Of a stretch of 32,000 nucleotides of DNA, positions 26,346 to 31,729 are shown piece by piece (position 1 is the first letter of the stretch; each line of letters opens with the position of its first letter). Under the pieces are notes generated by a model, which saw nothing but the letters and a program-made list of their open reading frames with translations, searched no databases and was not told the DNA's origin. The stretch spans positions 750,001 through 782,000 of the forward strand of contig CP178758.1 in NCBI GenBank assembly GCA_047651235.1, in the 5' to 3' direction. This stretch comes from Candidatus Electrothrix yaqonensis (GTDB lineage: Bacteria > Desulfobacterota > Desulfobulbia > Desulfobulbales > Desulfobulbaceae). A program made the translations under genes and the position numbers.

Positions 26346-26374
26346 TTGTCACGAGAAAAAGAACAAAGAATACT
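26346..26374 (+). promoter_or_regulatory. candidate sigma70-type promoter (TTGTCA - 17 nt - AATACT) for the two-CW gene
   Basis: Hexamers at 26346-26351 and 26369-26374, immediately after the terminator and ~65 nt before the ATG at 26440. Confidence 0.3.
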
Positions 26375-26439
26375 CCGCCTGGAACCGCAGAGAAAGCAGA
26401 GGCGGACGGATTTTACAATAAGGAGGAAAAGACAGAACA

Positions 26440-26757
26440 ATGGGCAAACAGAACTGTTGGGAAGCAAAGAAATGCGGTCGTGAACCGGGCGGGCCGAAGG
26501 CTGATGAGTTCGGGGTATGTCCGGCAGCTGAAGAGAAACGGGCTGACAGTATTCATGACGGCAAAAACGGCGGCCGCTGCTGCTGGGTGGTGGCAGGAAC
26601 CCTGTGCAAGGGTGCTGATGCGCAGGGGTCTTATGTGGAAAAATTTCTCGGTGACTGCAATAAGTGCGATTTCTACAGCACGGTCAAACGGGAGGAAGAA
26701 CCGAATTTCAAGATAGGTCTTTCTATTTTAAAAGAGATACGTCAGAGGGAAGGGTGA
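26440..26757 (+). CDS. small cysteine-rich 'two-CW domain' protein
   Basis: Strong AGGAGG RBS 13 nt upstream. 105 aa with 8 Cys. It has NCWE-x3-CG and GR-CCW-x3-GT-x-C motifs plus a C-x2-C (GDCNKCDF), which I recall as the two-CW signature seen alone or at sensor-kinase N-termini. Confidence 0.75.
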   Translation: MGKQNCWEAKKCGREPGGPKADEFGVCPAAEEKRADSIHDGKNGGRCCWVVAGTLCKGADAQGSYVEKFLGDCNKCDFYSTVKREEEPNFKIGLSILKEIRQREG

Positions 26758-26779
26758 CCGCGCTGCGTGCTCCGTCATG

Positions 26780-26974
26780 TCATATAGGGACACGGGTGCG
26801 AAAAAGTGCCAGTAAAGGTTCATTGTCGCGTCCCGTGTAAACTATAAATATACCCGGAAGAAGCTGGCCTTTGTTTCCGGCCTGCGTGTGCAGCTCGTCC
26901 AGGCGTTATATGCCGCCAGACCACATGGTGTCCCGGATGCTCTCCACCTTGGATTTCAGTTCTCCGGTGATCAT
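26780..26974 (-). pseudogene. hsdM: remnant of a type I restriction-modification methyltransferase gene (hsdM 5' end)
   Basis: The minus strand reads MITGELKSKVESIRDTMWSGGI-stop-RLDELHTQAGNK. This matches the HsdM N-terminus (..ELKS.VD.IWD.FWSGGIsnpl......llf..RLDEL.t). It has an in-frame stop and about 17 codons missing, and similarity is lost thereafter. Confidence 0.45.
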
Positions 26975-27143
26975 AAGTTACTCCTGCGCTTTCCGTCCGT
27001 TTTGTTCTGGTCTTCCCGGCCGATGATCCGGCCGCAGCACAAGCCGGTTTCCTTCCTGTTCACAGGTGCCGGTCACTGTATCTCCTCTCCTCTCGGACTG
27101 GTAAACTCCACTGTATCTCCGGCTGATTTCCCCTTGCAGGCGG

Positions 27144-27250
27144 TATAGCTGGAGCAGTATAAACTGAATACAGGATCAGCTATCTGAAAGGCGTGAAGGC
27201 AAAACTTATGCCTCTTGTGGGCATATTCAAATTATGTTGCTCCAGCTATA
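27144..27250 (+). mobile_element. 107-bp MITE, copy 1 (TA-flanked, IS630-type terminal inverted repeats)
   Basis: Ends are TATAGCTGGAGCAGTATAAACTGAATA ... TATTCAAATTATGTTGCTCCAGCTATA. It appears identical over 107 bp to the reverse complement of 28165-28271. It is inserted into the IS630 transposase remnant. Confidence 0.7.
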
Positions 27251-27252
27251 TC

Positions 27253-27707
27253 ATGAGCGAAGCCGCTTTCATCAATATAAATCAGAGGAAAACCGGATTC
27301 CTCATATGTGCTGATTTTATCGACAAAGACAGAGCGTTTCTTTTCATCCGCCTTCGGATGCGAAAGAGTTTTTTTTACGGCTGATTTTCAGGCGTTTCAG
27401 AGCTTCCCCTATACCGCGCTGGCTGCATCCGAACCGTTCCGACCGTTCATACTGATACGCATCGGGATACAGTTCAACATCACGGGCGAGCAGTTCCATG
27501 TCAATATTTGTTGCCGGTTTATTTCGGCTCCGGCAGGGTTCGACACGTTTCGTCCATCGGCTCACGCTGGATTTACCGACTCCGAAACGGGCTGCGGTTT
27601 TTTCGAAACTCAGACCGTCCCGCTCTTTGACTTCCAAAATTTTACGGCGAAAATCTATTGAATATGTCATGCCGATATAATACTCATTTTATTCTGCTTC
27701 AGCTATA
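27253..27707 (-). pseudogene. 5' portion of an IS630-family element: terminal repeat, HTH-domain ORF, A8 frameshift site, transposase truncated just after the first catalytic Asp
   Basis: The ORF at 27344-27670 (MTYSIDFRRKILEVKERDGLSFEKTAARFGVGKSSVSRWTKR) is an IS630-type N-terminus. A -1 shift at the A8 run (27369-27376) continues KKKTLSHPKADEKKRSVFVDKISTYEESGFPLIYIDESGFAHD, which is then cut by the MITE. The element end TATAGCTGAAGCAGAATAAAATGA (reverse complement, ending at 27707) abuts a TA. Confidence 0.8.
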
Positions 27708-27976
27708 TGCGCCCGGAGATTGTCCAGAATGCAGCCTATGAAATGTTCGGCGAAGATCCGAGAAAAACCCTTATTGAGCCTCCCATTCAGGCTGAAAGCC
27801 ATCTCTACCAGACAATACAATGCGCGGACTGGATATGCGGGATCATCGGTCGCCTGAGCTGCTACCGCTCTGAACCGGATCACAGGAAAGAATTTGAATG
27901 GGCGGAAAAATACTTCGGCCAACGTCTGGAACGGATTTCAAGAAGGAGCAGTATCAGGAGGTTATGCCCTGCTTGA
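27708..27976 (+). pseudogene. C-terminal fragment of a gene interrupted by the IS630 end (possibly DUF3800-like)
   Basis: The reading frame runs out of the IS end. The motif AESHLYQTIQCADWICGIIGR resembles the conserved ...S..IQ.AD.i.g.. C-terminal motif of DUF3800 proteins. This is a weak, recollection-based call. Confidence 0.3.
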
Positions 27977-27987
27977 GTGAAACGCAG

Positions 27988-28068
27988 CGGACACAAACTC
28001 TGTCAGCTCTCAATGCCTTTCACACCCGGATCGGAAAAAATTGGGGCTGTTCTCCTTGCGTGACAGTG
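27988..28068 (+). repeat. ~81-bp noncoding direct repeat, copy A
   Basis: CGGACACAAACTCTGTCAGCTCTCAATGCCTTTCACACCCGGATCGGAAAAAATTGGGGCTGTTCTCCTTGCGTGACAGTG aligns with 29763-29844. By eye it is roughly 85 percent identical, with small indels. Confidence 0.6.
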
Positions 28069-28071
28069 TAG

Positions 28072-28097
28072 GGGCGAACCCCTGTGTTCGCCCTTTT
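28072..28097 (+). terminator. GC-rich hairpin plus T-tract (GTAGGGGCGAAC-type), terminator-like
   Basis: GGGCGAAC (28072-28079) pairs with GTTCGCCC (28086-28093) across a 6-nt loop, followed by TTTT. Confidence 0.4.
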
Positions 28098-28164
28098 ATG
28101 CTTGTCCATTTGCCTGTCCACCATGAGTGCTGTATATTGAAATCATGATGAAGATATTTATTGA

Positions 28165-28271
28165 TATAGCTGGAGCAACATAATTTGAATATGCCCACAA
28201 GAGGCATAAGTTTTGCCTTCACGCCTTTCAGATAGCTGATCCTGTATTCAGTTTATACTGCTCCAGCTATA
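28165..28271 (-). mobile_element. 107-bp MITE, copy 2 (inverted relative to copy 1)
   Basis: Reverse complement of 27144-27250, TA-flanked (GA-TA|TAGCTGG ... CCAGCTA|TA-AC). It sits 17 nt upstream of the first antitoxin gene. Confidence 0.7.
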
Positions 28272-28287
28272 ACTCAACGAGGCCAAC

Positions 28288-28530
28288 ATGGAAGCGATTC
28301 GAAAAATCCAGACAGTAAAAAACGGGCGGGTTCATCTGCATCTTCCTAAACAATTTTGGGGAAAGCAGGTAGAAATTATTGTCCTCTCTACGGCGCATCA
28401 GAAAAAAAGCACAGCCCCGGAGGAAGGAAGCCTTCGGGGTTGCCTGCGTCGGTATGCGGATTCATCCTTGATTGCCCGTGAGCATGAGGCATGGCAGGAT
28501 GCTGTGAAGGAGAAACATGGCCCTTGTTGA
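28288..28530 (+). CDS. putative type II antitoxin (VapB-like) of cassette 1
   Basis: 80 aa with a GAGG RBS. The N-terminal beta-rich segment (KNGRVHLHLPKQFWGKQVEIIVL) and the tail (LRGCLRRYADSSLIAREHEAWQDAV) are typical of antitoxins paired with PIN toxins. It overlaps the toxin gene by 14 nt. Confidence 0.7.
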   Translation: MEAIRKIQTVKNGRVHLHLPKQFWGKQVEIIVLSTAHQKKSTAPEEGSLRGCLRRYADSSLIAREHEAWQDAVKEKHGPC

Positions 28531-28888
28531 TGCAAATATTGTCCTGCGTTATCTGCTGGACGACCATGCTGAACTGTCGGCAAAGGCGGTTGAAATCATT
28601 GAGGAGAAAGATGTTCTTCTTCCAATGGAGGCGGCATGCGAAGTCGTTTATGTTCTGCAAAAAGTCTACAAAGTGGACAGAGAACAGATTCAGCAGTATC
28701 TCAGTGAACTCGTCAACAGGCAACTGGTTGCAGTAGAAAAGCCCGAGGTGTTTCTGAAAGCTCTTGAATGCTATTCCACAACATCATTGGACTTTGTTGA
28801 CACGTTGCTCTGGGCTTATCATGCCGTTAACCAGCAGGAAATCCTGACTTTCGATGAAAAGCTTCGCAAGCATATTGAAAAAACGTGA
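28517..28888 (+). CDS. vapC: PIN-domain toxin (VapC family), cassette 1
   Basis: AAGGAG RBS. The acidic PIN residues are in the expected order (LVD-ANIV, PMEAACE, LDFVDTLL). 123 aa. Confidence 0.85.
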   Translation: MALVDANIVLRYLLDDHAELSAKAVEIIEEKDVLLPMEAACEVVYVLQKVYKVDREQIQQYLSELVNRQLVAVEKPEVFLKALECYSTTSLDFVDTLLWAYHAVNQQEILTFDEKLRKHIEKT

Positions 28889-28927
28889 AACTTCTTCTTT
28901 GCGGCGGGACAAAACAAAGCCAGCCCA

Positions 28928-29006
28928 GTAGGTTGGGGTGAGGCTCGAACCCCAAAAACTGGCGCACCGGAAACGTTGGGGTTCGCGCCGCTCACCCGCA
29001 ACCTAC
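28928..29006. repeat. long imperfect hairpin (GTAGGTTGGGGTGAG ... CTCACCCGCAACCTAC), about 25 bp of pairing with a 20-nt loop
   Basis: GTAGGTTG/CAACCTAC, GGGTGAG/CTCACCC and TCGAACCCCAA/TTGGGGTTCG arms read directly. It lies 40 nt after the vapC stop. Confidence 0.6.
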
Positions 29007-29124
29007 CTGCTTTTCACCTGATGTGCTGGAAAGCAGTCAAACAAGTTGCGCAACACTTCGGATATGGCGTATGCTTAAAATAAGCGGTTTCAAGTACAAT
29101 AGATTTCAATCGGAGGTGTTACAT

Positions 29125-29358
29125 ATGACCACAATCCAGAAGACCATTAGGATTCCCGCAGACCTTCAGGTCCATTTTGACCTGAAGGTTCCGGTCGGCG
29201 TTCCGGTCGGTGAAGCCGAAGTGCTCATGATCATCTCTCCGTTGCCCGTCTCCCGCAGGCGGACTCTGGCCCGACTTGCCGGATGCCTTGCAAACAGTCC
29301 TAATTTTTCGCGCAATCCCGTTGAACTGCAGAAAGAGATGCGGGATGAGTGGGAATAG
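29125..29358 (+). CDS. putative type II antitoxin (VapB-like) of cassette 2
   Basis: ATG at 29125 follows a GGAGG RBS; the track start at 29023 has none. 77 aa. The C-terminal tail ...FSRNPVELQKEMRDEWE is a recurrent antitoxin ending. It overlaps the toxin gene by 14 nt. Confidence 0.7.
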   Translation: MTTIQKTIRIPADLQVHFDLKVPVGVPVGEAEVLMIISPLPVSRRRTLARLAGCLANSPNFSRNPVELQKEMRDEWE

Positions 29359-29719
29359 ACTGGTACTTGACACCAACATCGTCCTCGGCTTTCTCGCAGG
29401 CAGAACAGACACGACTTCGTACCTGAACGGACAGCAGGGTGCCGATCTCTACGTAAGCACGGTTACCCGGATGGAACTCCTTTCTTTTCCGACCATAACC
29501 CCAGAAGAGGAGCAGGCAGTCAATGTCATGCCTCTGGATGATAGGATAGAGGACATTGCTATTCACCTGCGTCGTACTGCACGCAACAGGCTGCCCGATG
29601 CAATTATTGCCGCTACGGCCATTCGGCTTGACGCCACCCTTGTGACACACGATGCTGACCTTGCCAAGATCACTTATCCCGACCTGAACACTGTCAATCC
29701 TGCCGCAAGGAAACACTGA
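29345..29719 (+). CDS. vapC: PIN-domain toxin (VapC family), cassette 2
   Basis: The start at 29345 (MSGNRLVLDTNIVLGFL) gives the canonical PIN N-terminus. RMELLSF, LPDAIIAATA and THDADL motifs are present. 124 aa. Confidence 0.85.
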   Translation: MSGNRLVLDTNIVLGFLAGRTDTTSYLNGQQGADLYVSTVTRMELLSFPTITPEEEQAVNVMPLDDRIEDIAIHLRRTARNRLPDAIIAATAIRLDATLVTHDADLAKITYPDLNTVNPAARKH

Positions 29720-29762
29720 TGCCCGGCATCAGCCAAGTAGGTCTGATTAAATAAAACGAAAT

Positions 29763-29844
29763 CGGACACAAACCCTGTCAGCACCCAATGCCCTTTCACA
29801 CCCGGATCGGGAAAAACCGAAGCCGTTCTCCTCGCGTGGCAGTG
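29763..29844 (+). repeat. ~81-bp noncoding direct repeat, copy B
   Basis: CGGACACAAACCCTGTCAGCACCCAATGCCCTTTCACACCCGGATCGGGAAAAAACCGAAGCCGTTCTCCTCGCGTGGCAGTG, 44 nt after the second vapC stop. Confidence 0.6.
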
Positions 29845-30069
29845 CGGGAAATAAATCAGTGTCCACCGATAAGTATAGCGATTTCAGCTTGAATGAGTAT
29901 CAATTGTAGGTTGATAACCTATTGATTATAGATGGCTATAAAGTCAAATATTGATTGTCACTCAAATTGAAACTGCTATAACATACCGGGTACAGAATTT
30001 TTTTTGCGGTCCCAGTGCAGAAAGAAGAAAAGGCTTGTCTATCTGTTGCTTAAAAGCTACCATTACAGC

Positions 30070-30300
30070 ATGGATACGTCAAAGATCGAATTGCTTGAGT
30101 ATGTCAGTGATGACGGAAAGAATATTTTTCGGACATGGCTCCGCAAACTGAAAGACAGCACAGCAAGAGCGCGAATTCGAGTTCGATTGAACAGAGTCAG
30201 GCTGGGCAATTTCGGCGATTGCAAGTCTGTCGGGAAGGGTGTCAGTGAACTGAGGATTGATTACGGCCCCGGCTACCGTGTTTACTTCGGAAAAAGCGAG
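30070..30300 (+). pseudogene. truncated RelE/ParE-superfamily 'addiction module killer' (HigB-like) toxin gene, no partner antitoxin
   Basis: [75 protein letters not shown] matches the killer-protein family up to YFGK(RG). Similarity is then lost in all frames. The usual downstream HTH antidote gene is absent. Confidence 0.6.
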
Positions 30301-30656
30301 GCAGCCGCAGCATTCCGACAGGGGACGGACCTCGGCAACGGGCAGCCGACCGCATCTTTTGGTTCTGCCCAGACAGCGGGACAATATATTTCGTTTTTTT
30401 CTCATATGTGCAGAATACGTTACAGGTAAAATATTAGGCGAAACGAACTTTTCTTCCTGTCAACATCTTTTACAAGGATTTTTCCGGAAAATCAAGTATG
30501 AATTTACCTGAATACCGACTGTATCGGCTGCATCCACGACAACCGGATCCCGGCAGCTTTTCCAGATAGCAAGTCTTTCTAACTTCCTAGACCTCCTGCA
30601 GAACTGCCTGTTCTTCTCAGGCGGTGAGGTTTTTCCCTTTTTCAAAATTTTCCGCT

Positions 30657-31301
30657 TCAGGCAGCTTTCTTCATTTTCCGTGCCGCAACCTTCATATTCA
30701 CTATGCCGGATATGATATTTTTCTTTATATTATGGCCTTTAAGCCTGTTCCGGTATGTTTCCGACATGATTTTAAATACCTTCACCTCTCTTATGACATG
30801 CTCAACTTTGATACGTTTTTTCGATAAATCAAGATTATATGCCTTCTGTTCGGCGGTCAGTTCACCGTTCCGGGGCTTTTTAAAGGGAATTTCGGCGCGC
30901 CGGTCATATGCCGCGATTCCCTGATATCCGCTGTCGGCCTTCTTCGGAATACCGTGAAAACGCTCCCGCCCCTTCTGTTCCTTATATATCCTGAAATCAT
31001 GAACACTTCCGGGATACGACGCCGAAACCGAAAAAATCCGTCCGTCGGGACCGGCGGTAAACTGCGTTCCGAGCGTGTGTTTTCCCTTCTTTCCGCTGTA
31101 ATACTTCTTCTGTCCTTTCTTCAGGCGCTGAACCGGCTGTTCCGTCGCATCGATTATCAGGTATTCCGCATCTTCCCGTGTGATTTCACGCTTTTTTTCA
31201 ATATGAATCACCCGTACCGCGATTTTTTCCATCCGTTTCACTGCGCGCATCACCGTCGTCTCATCGGAATCGAAGAAAAAACTGAGGAACTCATATGTCA
31301 C
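30657..31301 (-). CDS. IS transposase, DDE catalytic part (orfB)
   Basis: Its frame reads (I)YYRCYVTYEFLSFFF... and continues the orfA domain. The catalytic blocks follow: IIDATEQPVQR, YYSGKKGKHTLGTQ, PGSVHDF, ADSGYQGI, YN..LSKKRIKVEHVIREVKVFKI. The apparent GTG start is probably not a real initiation site. Confidence 0.8.
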   Translation of the reverse strand: MTYEFLSFFFDSDETTVMRAVKRMEKIAVRVIHIEKKREITREDAEYLIIDATEQPVQRLKKGQKKYYSGKKGKHTLGTQFTAGPDGRIFSVSASYPGSVHDFRIYKEQKGRERFHGIPKKADSGYQGIAAYDRRAEIPFKKPRNGELTAEQKAYNLDLSKKRIKVEHVIREVKVFKIMSETYRNRLKGHNIKKNIISGIVNMKVAARKMKKAA

Positions 31302-31525
31302 GTAACAACGGTAATAGATAAGCGAAGACTTCGCAGGAGCATGGCGAGAAGGTGGTTTTCAGCTCCTTCCAAGTTGTGCTTTCTCCCGCCCTTTTCAAAA
31401 TTATCTCTCCGCTCTTCCCATAAAGGGCGGATCTTTTCCGTCATTCCGTTGAAAAGATCAATATCGACACCGGTCAGACGGCGGAATGTTTCAGGGCGGC
31501 GGGAGAGTTTTTCGAATGTGAGCAT
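31298..31525 (-). CDS. IS transposase, N-terminal HTH part (orfA)
   Basis: ATG at 31525 after a GGAGG RBS. MLTFEKLSRRPETFRRLTGV...GGRKHNLEGAENHLLAMLL fits the HTH region of DDE_Tnp_4 transposases. The frame then breaks. Confidence 0.65.
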   Translation of the reverse strand: MLTFEKLSRRPETFRRLTGVDIDLFNGMTEKIRPLWEERRDNFEKGGRKHNLEGAENHLLAMLLRSLRLSITVVT

Positions 31526-31635
31526 GATTTTCAGACCTCCGGGGTTGATAATCGAAAAAGTGACCGAAAAAATATCAGCATCCGCCGTTTCTGTCAAATC
31601 ACCAAGTTTTGCAGGAGGTCTAATAACTACGGGAT

Positions 31636-31704
31636 TCAAAGCCGTCCTGACGGAACAGCGGCATAATTCCACTTCGGCAGAAACTCGTCGAATTGAATTT
31701 TCAT
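31636..31704 (-). pseudogene. 22-codon fragment resembling the C-terminal tail of ISAzo13-family transposases
   Basis: MKIQFDEFLPKWNYAAVPSGRL resembles the recurrent ...DEFHGEWNYTI.P ending of that family. The match is short, so the call is weak. Confidence 0.25.
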
Positions 31705-31729
31705 ATTTTCTTTACTTCTACTTTGGCAC

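Larger units (their letters stand above)
30588..31622 (-). mobile_element. ~1.03-kb IS5-family (DDE_Tnp_4 / PIF-Harbinger-like) insertion sequence with terminal inverted repeats
   Basis: TAGACCTCCTGCAGAACT at 30588 matches the reverse complement of 31605-31622 (TAGACCTCCTGCAAAACT) at 17 of 18 positions. TA sits at both extremities. Two overlapping transposase ORFs lie inside. Confidence 0.75.

Noticed and set aside
26339-26716. 125-aa ORF overlapping the two-CW gene in another frame
   Set aside because: It has no RBS and an Arg/Ala/Lys-rich composition, and it starts inside the terminator/promoter region. The overlapping frame has a strong AGGAGG RBS and a coherent Cys motif pattern.
27193-27384. 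ORFs starting MKAKLMPLVGIFKLCCSSYI (27193-27384 plus strand and 28010-28222 minus strand)
   Set aside because: The shared N-terminus is simply the MITE read in one frame. The downstream parts are unrelated and overlap better-supported features.
27144-28271. Composite transposon or recombinational inversion between the two inverted MITE copies
   Set aside because: I translated across both MITE outer junctions looking for the continuation of the IS630 transposase (expected ..HDMPRTHGY..-like) and found none in either arrangement. The two copies are more simply independent TA-targeted insertions, with the rest of the IS lost. This cannot be fully excluded without other genomes.
27988-29006. Integron attC sites / cassette array interpretation of the repeats and hairpins between TA cassettes
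   Set aside because: I found no RYYYAAC / GTTRRRY core pairs at the ends of either the 81-bp repeat or the hairpins. The elements after successive cassettes are not homologous to each other. No intI integrase gene is present in the window.
29023-29124. Upstream extensions of track ORFs (29023 for the antitoxin, 29276 for vapC, 30004 for the HigB-like gene, 11029 for the membrane protein)
   Set aside because: Internal ATG codons at 29125, 29345, 30070 and 11068 sit behind good RBSs or give canonical family N-termini. The extensions lack RBSs and add non-homologous residues.
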